Assembly (NCBI GenBank): GCA_964016885.1
Contig: OZ024740.1
Location: 295,306,001-295,370,000 of the forward strand
Reading direction: 5' to 3'
Length of the DNA stretch: 64,000 nucleotides
Source of the DNA: Eledone cirrhosa
Lineage: Eukaryota
Shown here: piece by piece, positions 9,629-23,851 of the stretch
Layout: each line of letters opens with the position of its first letter
Numbering within the stretch: the stretch's first letter is position 1
Notes under the pieces: model-generated
Database searches by the model: none
The model's input: the letters and a program-made list of their open reading frames with translations, nothing else
Told to the model about the DNA's origin: nothing
Translations under genes and position numbers: made by a program

Positions 9629-12600
9629 AATCCATTTTTTATTTCGGTGATCCATTTTCTATTTGGGGGATCCATTTTTTATTTCGGTGATCCATTTTTT
9701 ATTTGGGTGATCCATTTTTTATTTGATGGATCTCCCAAATAAAAAATGGATCACCCAAATAAAAAATGGATCCCCCAAATAAAAAATGGATCACCCAAAT
9801 AAAAAATGGATCACCCAAATAAAAACTTGATCCTCCAAATAAAAAATGGATCACCCAAATAAAAAAATGGATCCCCCAAATAAAAAATGGATCCCCCAAA
9901 TAAAAAATGGATCCCCCAAATAAAAAATGGATCACCCAAATAAAAACTGGATCCCCCAAATAAAAAATGGATCCCCCAAATAAAAAATTGATCACCCAAA
10001 TAAAAAATGGATCGCCCAAATAAAAAATGGATCCAAAAAATTAAAAATGGATCCCCCAAATAAAAAATGGATCCCCCAAATAAAAAATGGATCCCCCAAA
10101 TAAAAAATGGATCACCCAAATTAAAAATTGATCACCCAAATAAAAAATGGATCGCCCAAATAAAAAATGGATCGCCCAAATAAAAAATGGATCACCCAAA
10201 TAAAAAATGGATCACCCAAATAAAAAATGGATCCCCCAAATAAAAAATAGATCCCCCAAATAAAAAATGGATCACCCAAATAAAAAATGTATCCCCCAAA
10301 TAAAAAATGGATCCCCCAAATAAAAAATGGATCACCCTAATAAAAAATGGATCCCCCCAAATAAAAAATGGATCACCCAAATAAAAAATGGACCCTTTTT
10401 TATTTGGGGGATCCATTTTTTATTTGGGTGATCCATTTTTTATTTGGGTGATCAATTTTTTATTTGGGGTATCCATTTTTTATTTGGGTGATCCATTTAT
10501 TATTTGGGTGATCCATTTTTTATTTGAGGGATCCATTTTTAATTTGGGTGATACATTTTTTATTTGGGTGATCCATTTTTTATTTGGGGGATCCATTTTT
10601 TTTTTGGTGGATCCATTTTTTATTTGGGTGATCCATTTTTTATTTGGGTGATTCATTTTTTATTTGGGGGATCCATTTTTTATTTGGGTGATCCATTTTT
10701 TATTTGGGGGATACATTTTTTATTTGGTGGATCCATTTTTTATTTGGGTGATCCATTTTTTATTTGGGTGATCCATTTTTTATTTGGGTGATCCATTTTT
10801 TATTTGGGTGATCCATTTTTTATTTGGTGATCCATTTTTTATTTGGGTGATCCATTTTTTATTTGGGGGATCCATTTTTTATTTGGTGGATCCATTTTTT
10901 ATTTGGGTCATCCATTTTTTATTTGGGTGATCCATTTTTTATTTGGGGGTCCATTTTTTATTTGGGTGATCCATTTTTTATTTGGGGGTCCATTTTTTAT
11001 TTGGGTGATCCATTTTTTATTTGGGTGATCCATTTTTTATTTGGTTGATCCATTTTTTATTAGGGGTATCCATTTTTAATTTGGGTGATCCATTTTTTAT
11101 TTGGGTGATCCATTTTTTATTTGAGGGATCCTTTTTTTATTTGGGGGATCCATTTTTTATTTGATGGATCTCCCAAATAAAAAATGGATCACCCAAATAA
11201 AAAATAGATCCCCCAAATAAAAAATGGATCACCCAAATAAAAAAAGTATCCCCCAAATAAAAAATGGATCCCCCAAATAAAAAATGGATCACCCTAATAA
11301 AAAATGGATCCCATCAAATAAAAAATGGATCACCCAAATAAAAAATGGATCCCTTTTTTATTTGGGGGATCCATTTTTTATTTGGGTGATCCATTTTTTA
11401 TTTGGGTGATCAATTTTTTATTTGGGGTATCTATTTTTTATTTGGGTGATCCATTTATTATTTGGGTGATCCATTTTTTATTTGAGGGATCCATTTTTAA
11501 TTTGGGTGATCCATTTTTTATTTGGGTGATCGATTTTTTATTTGGGGGATCCATTTTTTATTTGGGTGATCCATTTTTTATTTGGGTGATCCATTTTTTA
11601 TTTGGGTGATCCATTTTTTATTTGGGTGATCCATTTTTTATTTGGGGGATCCATTTTTTATTTGGTGGATCCATTTTTTATTTGGGTGATCCATTTTTTA
11701 TTTGGGTGATCCATTTTTTATTTGGGGGTCCATTTTTTATTTGGGTGATTCATTTTTTATTTGGGTGATCCATTTTTTATTTGGTTGATCCATTTTTTAT
11801 TAGGGGTATCCATTTTTAATTTGGGTGATCCATTTTTTATTTGGGTGATCCATTTCTTATTTGAGGGATCCTTTTTTTATTTGGGGGATCCATTTTTTAT
11901 TTGATGGATCTCCCAAATAATAAATGGATCACCCAAATAAAAAATGGATCCCTCAAATAAAAAATGGATCACCCAAATAAAAAATGGATCCCCCAAATAA
12001 AAAATTGATCACCCAAATAAAAAATGGATCACCCAAATAAAAAATGGATCCCCCAAATAAAAAATGGTTCACCCAAATAAAAAATGGATCACCCAAATAA
12101 AAAATGGATCCCCTAAATAAATAATGGATCACCCAAATCAAAAATGGATCACCCAAATAAAAAATGGATCCCCCAAATAAAAAATGGATCACCCAAATAA
12201 AAAATGGATCCCCCAAATAAAAATGGATCACCCAAATAAAAAATGGATCACCCAAATAAAAAATGAATCATCCAAATAAAAAATGGATCACCCAAATAAA
12301 AAATGGATCCCCCAAATAAAAAATGGATCACCCAAATAAAAAATGGATCCCTTTTTTATTTAGCGGATCCATTTTTTATTTCGGGGATCCATTTTTTATT
12401 TGGGTGATCCATTTTTTATTTGGGTGATCCATTCTTTATTTGGGGGATCCATTTTTATTTGGGTGATCCATTTTTCATTTGGGTGATCCATTTTTTATTT
12501 GGGGGATCCATTTTTTATTTGGGTGATCCATTTTTTATTTGGGGGATCCATTTTTTATTTCGGTGATCCATTTTTTATTTGGGTGATCCATTTTTTATTT

Positions 12601-13572
12601 GGGGGATCCATTTTTTATTTGGGTGATCCATTTTTATTTGGGGGTCCATTTTTTATTTGGGTGATCCATTTTTTATTTGGGTGATCCATTTTTTATTTGG
12701 TTGATCCATTCTTTATTAGGGGTATCCATTTTTAATTTGGGTGATCCATTCATTATTTGGGTGATCCATTTTTTATTTGAGGGATCCATTTTGTATTTGG
12801 GGGATCCATTTTTTATTTGATGGATCTCCCAAATAAAAAATGGATCACCCAAATAAAAAATGGATCCCTCAAATAAAAAATGGATCACCCAAATAAAAAA
12901 TGGATCACCCAAATAAAAAATGGATCCCCCAAATAAAAAATTGATCACCCAAATAAAAAATGGATCACCCAAATAAAAAATGGATCCCCCAAATAAAAAA
13001 TGGATCACCCAAATAAAAAATGGATACCCAAATAAAAAATGGATCACGCAAATAAAAAATGGATCCCCCAAATAAAAAATGGATCACCCAAATAAAAAAT
13101 GGATCCCCCAAATAAAAAATGGATCACCCAAATAAAAAATGGATCCCCCAAATAAAAAATGGATCCCCCAAATAAAAAATGGATCCCCCAAATAAAAAAT
13201 GGATCACCCAAATTAAAAATGGATTACCAAATAAAAAATGGAACGCCCAAATAAAAAATGGATCGCCCAAATAAAAAATGGATCACCCAAATAAAAAATG
13301 GATCCCTTTTTTATTTGGGGGATCCATTTTTTATTTAGGGGAACCATTTTTTATTTGGGTGATCCATTTTTTACTTGGGTGACCCATTTTTTATTTGGGG
13401 TATCCATTTTTAATTTGGGTGATCCATTTTTTATTTGGGTGATCCATTTTTTTATTTGAGGGATCCATTTTTTATTTGAGGGATACATTTTTTATTTGGG
13501 GGATCCATTTTTTATTTGATGGATCTCCCAAATAAAAAATGGATCACCCAAATAAAAAATGGATCACCCAAA
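9629..13572. repeat. SatA array with multiple inversions
   Basis: Switches near 9729, 10392, 11168, 11349, 11908, 12347, 12824, 13302 and 13523. Confidence 0.95.
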
Positions 13573-14894
13573 TTAATGCTGAAATTTTCTGGAAAAAATG
13601 ACGAAATTTTCTGGAAAAAATGACGAAATTTTCATCAAAAATGACGAAATTTTCTGGAAAAATTGGCGAAATATTCTGGATAAATTGACGAAATATTCGT
13701 GAAAAAATGTCGAAATTTTTTGGAAACAATGACGAAATTGTCGTCAAAAAATGACGAAATTTTCGGGAAATATTGACGAAATTTTCTGTGAAAAATGCCG
13801 AAATTTTCGGGAAAAAACGTCGAAATTTTCGGCAAAAATTGTTGAAATTTTTGGCTGAAACTGACGAAATTTTCGGGAAAAAATGACGAAATTTTTAGCA
13901 ACAATGACGAAATTTTCTGGAAAAATTGACGAAATATCCTGGATAAATTGACGAAATATTCGGTAAAAAATGTCGAAATTTTTTTGAAAAAATGACGAAA
14001 TTATCGGCAAAAAATGATGAAATTTTCGGAAAAAATTGACGAAATTTTCTTTGAAAAATGCCGAAATTTTCGGGAAAAAACGTCGAAATTTTCGCTGAAA
14101 CTGACAAAATTTTCGGGCAAAAATGATGAAATTTTGGGCAAAAATTCACTAAATTTTCCGGAAAAAATCACGAAATTTTCGGCAAAAAATGACGAAATTT
14201 TCGTGAAAAAATGCCGAAATTTTCCGCAAAAATTGACTAAATTTTCGGGGAAAATTGACGAAATTGTCGGTAAAAAATCAGGAATTTTTAGGCAAAAATT
14301 GACGAAATTTTCGGGAAAAATTGACGAAATTTTCGGGGGAAAATGCCGAAACTTTAGGGAAAAAAATGATAAAATTTTCGGCAAAAATTGACTACATTTT
14401 CGGGAAAAAATGACGAAAGTTTCGGCAAAAAGTGACGAAATTTTCTTGGAAAAATGCCGAAATTTATCTGGAAAAAACGTCGAAATTTTCGGCAACAATT
14501 GTTGAAATTTTCGGCTGAAATTGACAAAATTTTCGGGAAAAAATGATGAAATTTTCGGCAAAAATTGACTAAATTTTCCGGAAAAAATCACGAAATTTTC
14601 GGCAAAAAATCACGAAATTTTCGTGAAAAAATGCCGAAATTTTCCGCAAAAATTGACTAAATTTTCGGCAAAAATTGACTAAATTTTCGGCAGAATTTGA
14701 CGAAATTTTCTTCAAAGAAAATCCGAAATTTTCGGCAAAAATTGACGATATTTTCGGGAAAAAACGCCGAAATTTTCGAGGAAAAATGAAAAAATTTTCG
14801 GCCAAAATGACGAAATTTTCGGGAAAAAACGACGAAATTTTCGTGAAAAAATGCCCAAATGTTCGCCAAAAAATTACGAAATTTTCGGCAAAAA
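13573..14894 (+). repeat. SatB block 4 (1322 bp)
   Basis: 22-bp tandem. Confidence 0.95.
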
Positions 14895-14975
14895 TTAGGA
14901 GGTAGAATCTTAGGGGGTAGAACCTTAGGAGGTAAAACCTTAGGAGGTAGAACCAAGCGGTAGAACCTTAGGGGG
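14895..14975 (+). repeat. SatC linker L4 (AAGCGG variant)
   Basis: 15-bp TTAGG units. Confidence 0.95.
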
Positions 14976-17064
14976 AATCCATTTTTTATTTCGGTGATCC
15001 ATTTTCTATTTGGGGGATCCATTTTTTATTTCGGTGATCCATTTTTTATTTGGGTGATCCATTTTTTATTTCATGGATCTCCCAAATAAAAAATGGATCC
15101 CCCAAATAAAAGATGGATCCCCCAAATAAAAAATGGATCACCCTAATAAAAAATGGATCCCCCCAAATAAAAAATGGATCCATTTTTTATTTGGGTGATC
15201 CATTTTTTATTTGGGTGATCCATTTTTCATTTGGGTGATCCATTTTTTATTTGGTTGATCCATCTTTTATTAGGGGTATCCATTTTTAATTTGGGTGATC
15301 CATCTTTTATTAGGGGTATCCATTTTTAATTTGGGTGATCCATTTTTTATTTGGGTGATCCATTTTTTATTTGAGGGATCCATTTTTTATTTGGGGGATC
15401 CATTTTTTATTTGATGGATCTCCCAAATAAAAAATGGATCACCCAAATAAAAAATGGATCCCTCAAATAAAAAATGGATCACCCAAATAAAAAATGGATC
15501 ACCCAAATAAAAAATGGATCCCCCAAATAAAAATGGATCACCCAAATATAAAATGGATCACCCAAATAAAAAATGGATCCCCCAAATAAAAAATGAATCA
15601 CCCAAATAAAAAATGGATCCCTTTTTTATTTAGAGGATCCATTTTTTATTTCGGGGATCCATTTTTTATTTGGGTGATCCATTTTTTATTTGGGTGATCC
15701 ATTCTTTATTTGGGGCATCCATTTTTTATTTGGGTGATCCATTTTTCATTTGGGTGATCCATTTTTTATTTGGGGGATCCATTTTTTATTTCGGTGATCC
15801 ATTTTTTATTTGGGGGATCCATTTTTTATTTCGGTGATCCATTTTTTATTTGGGTGATCCATTTTTTATTTGGGGGATCCATTTTTTATTTGGGTGATCC
15901 ATTTTTTATTTGGTTGATCCATTTTTTATTAGGGGTATCCATTTTTAATTTGGGTGATCCATTTATTATTTGGGTGATCCATTTTTTATTTGAGCGATCC
16001 ATTTTGTATTTGGGGGATCCATTTTTTATTTGATGGATCTCCCAAATAAAAAATGGATCACCCAAATAAAAAATGGATCCCTCAAATAAAAAATAGATCA
16101 CCCAAATAAAAAATGGATCCCCCAAATAAAAAATTGATCACCCAAATAAAAAATGGATCACCGAAATAAAAAATGGATCCCCCAAATAAAAAATGGTTCA
16201 CCCAAATAAAAAATGGATCACCCAAATAAAAAATGGATCCCCTAAATAAAAAAAGGATCACCCAAATAAAAAATGGATCACCCAAATAAAAAATAGATCC
16301 CCCAAATAAAAAATGGATCACCCAAATAAAAAATGGATCCCCAAATAAAAATGGATCACCCAAATAAAAAATGGATCACCCAAATAAAAGATGAATCACC
16401 CAAATAAAAAATGGATCACCCAAATAAAAAATGGATCCCCCAAATAAAAAAGTGATCACCCAAATAAAAAATGGATCCCTTTTTTATTTAGCGGATCCAT
16501 TTTTTATTTCGGGGATCCATTTTTTATTTGGGTGATCCATTTTTTTATTTGGGGGATCCATTTTTTATTTGGGTGAACCATTTTTTATTTGGGGGATCCA
16601 TTTTTTATTTGGGTGATCCATTTTTTATTTGGGTGATCCATTTTTTATTTGGGGGATCCATTTTTTATTTGGGTGATCCATTTTTTATTTGGTGGATCCA
16701 TTTTTTATTTGGGGGATCCATTTTTTATTTGGGTGATCCATTTTTTATTTGGGTGATCCATTTTTTATTTGGGGGATCTATTTTTTATTTGGGTGATCAA
16801 TTTTTTATTTGGGTGATCCATTTTTTATTTGGTGATCCATTTTTTATTTGGGGGAACCATTTTTTATTTGGGTGATCCATTTTTTATTTGGGTGATCCAT
16901 TTTTTATTTGGGGTATCCATTTTTAATTTGGGTGATCAATTTTTGATTTGGGTGATCCATTTTTTATTTGAGGGATACATTTTTTATTTGGGGGATCCAT
17001 TTTTTATTTGATGGATCTCCCAAATAAAAAATGGATCACCGAAATAAAAAATGGTTCACCCAAA
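14976..17064. repeat. SatA array with multiple inversions
   Basis: Switches near 15077, 15178, 15418, 15617, 16036, 16474 and 17015. Confidence 0.95.
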
Positions 17065-18100
17065 CTAATGCTGAAATTTTCTGGAAAAAATGACGATATT
17101 TTCTGGAAAAAATGACGAAATTTTCAGCAAAAATGACGAAATTTTCTGGAAAAATTGACGAAAAATTCTGGATAAATTGACGAAATATTCGTGAAAAAAT
17201 GTCGAAATTTTTTGGAAACAATGACGAAATTGTCGTCAAAAAATGACGAAATTTTCGGGAAATATTGACGAAATTTTCTGTGATAAATGCCGAAATTTTC
17301 GGGAAAAAACGTCGAAATTTTCGGCAAAAATTGTTGAAATTTTCGGCTGAATCTGACGAAATTTTCGGGAAAAAATGACGAAATTTCCGGCAAAAATTTA
17401 CGAAATTTTCTGTAAAAATTGACGAAAGTTTCGGGAAAAAATGCTGAAATTTTCTGGAAAAAATGACGAAATTTTTAGCAAAAATGACGAAATTTTCTGG
17501 AAAAATTGACGAAATATCCTGGATAAATTGACGAAATATTCGGTAAAAAATGTCGAAATTTTTTTGAAAAAATGACGAAATTATCGGCAAAAAATTATGA
17601 AATTTTCGGGAAAAAACGTCGAAATTTTCGGCTGAAACTGACGAAATTTTCGGGAAAAAATGATAAAATTTTTGGCAAAAATTGACTAAATTTTCCGGAA
17701 AAAATGACGGAATATTCGGCAAAAAATGACGAAATTTTCGTGAAAAAATGCCGAAATTTTTCCGCAAAAATTGACTAAATTTTCTGTAAAAAATGCCGAA
17801 ATTTTAGGGGAAAAAATAATGAAATTTTCGGCAAAAATTGACCACATTTTCGGGAAAAAATGACGAAAGTTTCGGGAAAAAATGCCTAAATTTTCGGGAA
17901 AAAAGGACGAAATTTTCGGTAAAAAGTGACGAAATTTTCGGCAAAAATTGACGAAATTTTCGGGAAAAAATGCCGAAATTTTAGGGGAAAAATGAAAAAA
18001 ATTTCGGCCAAAATGACGAAATTTTCGGAAAAAAACGACGAAATTTTCGTGAAAAAATGCCCAAATGTTCGGCAAAAAATGACGAAATTTTCGGCAAAAA
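17065..18100 (+). repeat. SatB block 5 (1036 bp)
   Basis: 22-bp tandem; shares the CTAATG start with block 1. Confidence 0.95.
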
Positions 18101-18181
18101 TTAGGAGGAAGAATCTTAGGGGGTAGAACCTTAGGAGGTAAAACCTTAGGAGGTAGAACCAAGGGGTAGAACCTTAGGGGG
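18101..18181 (+). repeat. SatC linker L5
   Basis: 15-bp TTAGG units. Confidence 0.95.
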
Positions 18182-19588
18182 AATCCATTTTTTATTTCCG
18201 TGATCCATTTTCTATTTGGGGGATCCATTTTTTATTTCGGTGATCCATTTTTTATTTGGGTGATCCATTTTTTATTTGATGGATCTCCCAAATAAAAAAT
18301 GGATCACCCAAATAAAAAATGGATCCCCCAAATAAAAAATGGATCACCCAAATAAAAAATGGATCACCCAAATAAAAACTTGATCCTCCAAATAAAAAAT
18401 GGATCACCCAAATAGAAAATGGATCCCCCAAATAAAAAATGGATCACCCAAATAAAAACTGGATCCCCCAAATAAAAAATGGATCCCCCAAATAAAAAAT
18501 TGATCACCCAAACAAAAAATGGATCGCCCAAATAAAAAATGGATCCAAAAAATTAAAAATGGATTACCCAAATAAAAAATGGATCACCCAAATAAAAAAT
18601 GGATACCCCAAATAAAAAATGGATCACCCAAATAAAAAATGGACCCCCAAATAAAAAATGGATCACCCAAATTAAAAATGGATCACCCAAATAAAAAATG
18701 GATCGCCCAAATAAAAAATGGATCGCCCAAATAAAAAATGGATCACCCAAATAAAAAATGGATCCCCCAAATAAAAAATGGATCACCCAAATAAAAAATG
18801 GATCACCGAAATAAAAAATGGATCCCCCAAATAAAAAATGGATCACCCAAAGAAAAAATGGATCCCCCAAATGAAAAATGGATCACCGAAATAAAAAATG
18901 GATCAGCCAAATAAAAAATGAATCACCCAAATAAAAAATGGATCACCCAAATAAAAAATGGATCCCGCAATTAAAAAATGGATCACCCAAATAAAAAATG
19001 GATCCCTTTTTTATTTAGCGGATCCATTTTTTATTTGGGGGATCCATTTTTTATTTGGGTGATCCATTTTTTATTTGGGTGATCCATTTTTCATTTGGGG
19101 GATCCACTTTTTATTTGGGTGATCCATTTTTTATTTGGGGGATCCATTTTTTATTTCGGTGATCCATTTTTTATTTGGGTGATCTATTTTTTATTTGGGG
19201 GATCCATTTTTTATTTGGGTGATCCATTTTTTATTTGGTGGATCCATTTTTTATTTGGGGGATCCATATTTTATTTGGGTGATCCATTTTTTATTTGGGT
19301 GATCCATTTTTTATTTGGGGGATCTATTCTTTATTTGGGTGATCAATTTTTTATTTCGGTGATCCATTTTTTATTTGGTCATCTATTTTTTATTTGGGGG
19401 AACCATTTTTTATTTGGGTGATCCATTTTTATTTGGGTGATCCATTTTTTATTTGGGTTATCCATTTTTAATTTGGGTGATCCATTTTTTATTTGGGTGA
19501 TCCATTTTTTATTTGAGGGATACATTTTCATTTGGGGGATCCATTTTTTATTTGATGGATCTCCCAAATAAAAAATGGATCACCCAAA
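18182..19588. repeat. SatA array with inversions
   Basis: Switches near 18283, 19002 and 19558; paralogous to 1936-3362. Confidence 0.95.
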
Positions 19589-19965
19589 TTAATGCTGAAA
19601 TTTTCTGGAAAAAATGACGAAATTTTCTGGAAAAAATGACGAAATTTTCCGAAAAAAATCACGAAATTTTCGGCAAAAAATGACGAAATTTTCGTGAAAA
19701 AATGCCGAAATTTTCCGCAAAAATTGACTAAATTTTCGGCAAAAATTGACTAAATTTTCGGCAGAATTTGACGAAATATTCTTCAAAAAAATCCGAAATT
19801 TTCGGCAAAAATTGACGATATTTTCGGGAAAAAACGCCGAAATTTTCGAGGAAAAATGAAAAAATTTTCGGCCAAAATGACGAAATTTTCGGGAAAAAAA
19901 CGACGAAATTTTCGTGAAAAAATGCCCAAATGTTCGGCAAAAAATTACGAAATTTTAGGCAAAAA
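19589..19965 (+). repeat. SatB block 6 (377 bp, internally shortened)
   Basis: 22-bp tandem with both conserved ends. Confidence 0.95.
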
Positions 19966-20046
19966 TTAGGAGGTAGAATCTTAGGGGGTAGAACCTTAGG
20001 AGGTAAAACCTTAGGAGGTAGAACCAAGCGGTAGAACCTTAGGGGG
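19966..20046 (+). repeat. SatC linker L6 (AAGCGG variant)
   Basis: 15-bp TTAGG units. Confidence 0.95.
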
Positions 20047-21472
20047 AATCCATTTTTTATTTCGGTGATCCATTTTCTATTTGGGGGATCCATTTTTTAT
20101 TTCGGTGATCCATTTTTTATTTGGGTGATCCATTTTTTATTTGATGGATCTCCCAAATAAAAAATGGATCACCCAAATAAAAAATGGATCCCCCAAATAA
20201 AAAATGGATCACCCAAATAAAAAATGGATCACCCAAATAAAAACTTGATCCTCCAAATAAAAAATGGATCACCCAAATAGAAAATGGATCCCCCAAATAA
20301 AAAATAGATCACCCAAATAAAAACTGGATCCCCAAATAAAAAATGGATCCCCCAAATAAAAAATTGATCACCCAAACAAAAAATGGATCGCCCAAATAAA
20401 AAATGGATCCAAAAAATTAAAAATGGATCACCCAAATAAAAAATGGATCACCCAAATAAAAAATGGATACCCCAAATAAAAAATGGATCACCCAAATAAA
20501 AAATGGACCCCCAAATAAAAAATGGATCACCCAAATTAAAAATGGATCACCCAAATAAAAAATGGATCGCCCAAATAAAAAATGGATCGCCCAAATAAAA
20601 AATGGATCACCCAAATAAAAAATGGATCCCCCAAATAAAAAATGGATCACCCAAATAAAAAATGGATCACCGAAATAAAAAATGGATTCCCCAAATAAAA
20701 AATGGATCACCGAAATAAAAAATGGATCCCCCAAATGAAAAATGTATCACCGAAATAAAAAATGGATCAGCCAAATAAAAAATGAATCACCCAAATAAAA
20801 AATGGATCACCCAAATAAAAAATGGATCCCGCAAATAAAAAATGGATCACCCAAATAAAAAATGGATCCCTTTTTTATTTAGCGGATCCATTTTTTATTT
20901 GGGGGATCCATTTTTTATTTGGGTGATCCATTTTTTATTTGGGTGATCCATTTTTCATTTGGGGGATCCATTTTTTATTTGGGTGATCCATTTTTTATTT
21001 GGGGGATCCATTTTTTATTTCGGTGATCCATTTTTTATTTGGGTGATCCATTTTTTATTTGGGGGATCCATTTTTTATTTGGGTGATCCATTTTTTATTT
21101 GGTGGATCCATTTTTTATTTGGGGGATCCATTTTTTATTTGGGTGATCCATTTTTTATTTGGGTGATCCATTTTTTATTTGGGGGATCTATTTTTTATTT
21201 GGGTGATCAATTTTTTATTTCGGTGATCCATTTTTTATTTGGTGATCTATTTTTTATTTGGGGGAACCATTTTTTATTTGGGTGATCCATTTTTATTTGG
21301 GTGATCCATTTTTTATTTGGGTTATCCATTTTTAATTTGGGTGATCCATTTTTTATTTGGGTGATCCATTTTTTATTTGAGGGATACATTTTTATTTGGG
21401 GGATCCATTTTTTATTTGATGGATCTCCCAAATAAAAAATGGATCACCCAAATAAAAAATGGATCACCCAAA
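20047..21472. repeat. SatA array with inversions
   Basis: Switches near 20148, 20866 and 21423. Confidence 0.95.
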
Positions 21473-22859
21473 TTAATGCTGAAATTTTCTGGAAAAAATG
21501 ACGAAATTTTCTGGAAAAAATGACGAAATTTTCAGCAAAAATGACGAAATTTTCTGGAAAAATTGACGAAATATTCTGGATAAAGTGACGAAATATTCGT
21601 GAAAAAATGTCGAAATTTTTTGGAAACAATGACGAAATCGTCGTCAAAAAATAACGAAATTTTCGGGAAATATTGACGAAATTTTCTGTGAAAAATGCCG
21701 AAATTTTCGGGAAAAAAGGTCGAAATTTTCGGCAAAAACTGTTGAAATTTTCGGCAAAAATTGTTGAAATTTTCGGCTGAAACTGACGAAATTTTCGGGA
21801 AAAAATGACGAACTTTCCGGCAAAAATTTACGAAATTTTTATGAAAAAATGATGAAATTTTCTGTAAAAATTGACGAAAGTTTCGGGAAAAAATGCTGAA
21901 ATTTTCTGGAAAAAATGACGAAATTTTCTGGAAAAATTGACGAAATATCCTGGATAAATTGACGAAATATTCGGTAAAAAATGTCGAAATTTTTTTGAAA
22001 AAATGACGAAATTATCGGCAAAAAATGATGAAATTTTCGGGAAAAATTGACGAAATTTTCTTTGATAAATGCCGAAATTTTCGGGAAAAAACGTCGAAAT
22101 TTTCGGCTGAAACTGACGAAATTTTCGGGAAAAAATGATGAAATTTTGGGCAAAAATTGACTAAATTTTCCGGAAAAAATGACGAAATATTCGGCAAAAA
22201 ATGACGAAATTTTCGTGAAAAAATGCCGAAATTTTCCGCAAAAATTGACTAAAATTTCGGGAAAAATTGACGAAATTTTCGGGAAAAAATGCCGAAACTT
22301 TAGGGAAAAAAATGATGAGATTTTCGGCAAAAATTGACTACATTTTCGGGAAAAAATGACGAAAGTTTCGGCAAAAAGTGACGAAATTTTCTTGAAAAAA
22401 TGCCGAAATTTTCGGCAAAAACTGACGAAATTTTCGTGAAAAAATGCCGAAATTTTCCGCAAAAATTGACGAAATTTTCTGTAAAAATTGACGAAATTTT
22501 CGGTAAAAAATGAGGAATTTTTAGGCAAAAATTGACGAAATTTTAGGGGAAAAATGAAAAAATTTTCGGCAAAAATTGACGACATTTTCGGGAAAAAATG
22601 ACGAAAGTTTCGGGAAAAAATGCCTAAATTTTCGGGAAAAAAGGACGAAATTTTCGGTAAAAGTGACGAAATTTTCGGCAAAAATTGACGAAATTTTCGG
22701 CAGAATTTGACGAAATTTTCGGGAAAAAACGCCGAAATTTTCGGGGAAAAATGAAAAAGTTTTCGGCCAAAATGACGAAATTTTCGGGAAAAAACGAGGA
22801 AATTTTCATGAAAAAATGCCCAAATGTTCAGCAAAAAATGACGAAATTTTCGGCAAAAA
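21473..22859 (+). repeat. SatB block 7 (1387 bp)
   Basis: 22-bp tandem. Confidence 0.95.
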
Positions 22860-22940
22860 TTAGGAGGTAGAATCTTAGGGGGTAGAACCTTAGGAGGTAA
22901 AACCTTAGGAGGTAGAACCAAGGGGTAGAAGCTTAGGGGG
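22860..22940 (+). repeat. SatC linker L7 (AAGCTT variant)
   Basis: 15-bp TTAGG units. Confidence 0.95.
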
Positions 22941-23851
22941 AATCCATTTTTTATTTCGGTGATCCATTTTCTATTTGGGGGATCCATTTTTTATTTCGGT
23001 GATCCATTTTTTATTTGGGTGATCCATTTTTTATTTGATGGATCTCCCAAATAAAAAATGGATCACCCAAATAAAAAATGGATCCCCCAAATAAAAAATG
23101 GATCACCCAAATAAAAAATGGATCACCCAAATAAAAACTTGATCCTCCAAATAAAAAATGGATCCCCCAAATAAAAAATGGATCCCCCAAATAAAAAATG
23201 GATCCCCCAAATAAAAAATGGATCCCCCAAATAAAAAATGGATCACCCAAATAAAAACTGGATCCCCCAAATAAAAAATGGATCCCCCAAATAAAAAATG
23301 GATCGCCCAAATAAAAAATGGATCCAAAAAATTAAAAATGGATCCCCCAAATAAAAAATGGATCCCCCAAATAAAAAATGGATCCCCCAAATAAAAAATG
23401 GATCACCCAAATTAAAAATTGATCACCCAAATAAAAAATGGATCGCCCAAATAAAAAATGGATCGCCCAAATAAAAAATGGATCACCCAAATAAAAAATG
23501 GATCACCCAAATAAAAAATGGATCCCCCAAATAAAAAATAGATCCCCCAAATAAAAAATGGATCGCCCAAATAAAAAATGGATCCAAAAAATTAAAAATG
23601 GATCCCCCAAATAAAAAATGGATCCCCCAAATAAAAAATGGATCCCCCAAATAAAAAAAGGATCACCCAAATAAAAAATTGATCACCCAAATAAAAAATG
23701 GATCGCCCAAATAAAAAATGGATCGCCCAAATAAAAAATGGATCACCCAAATAAAAAATGGATCACCCAAATAAAAAATGGATCCCCCAAATAAAAAATA
23801 GATCCCCCAAATAAAAAATGGATCACCCAAATAAAAAATGGATCACCCAAA
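22941..23851. repeat. SatA array (5 reverse monomers, then forward)
   Basis: Single switch near 23042. Confidence 0.95.

Larger units (their letters stand above)
2570..12215. repeat. ~4.8-kb tandem duplication (about 2570-7365 and 7366-12215)
   Basis: Near-identical ORF translations offset by 4795-4799 bp (2849/7646, 3729/8526, 7158/11953); private linker variants GGTGGT and TTACGAGG occur only in L2 and L3. Confidence 0.9.

Noticed and set aside
21839-22987. Long minus-strand ORFs (382 aa here and at 25426-26574; 310-331 aa elsewhere) with MDPPNRKW..PPKVLPPKVL..FPENFVNFCRKFRHF
   Set aside because: The reverse complement of the 22-bp consensus has no stop codon in any frame, so long ORFs arise automatically and overlap in several frames. 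Paralogous copies are frameshifted or truncated, and no domain is recognisable.
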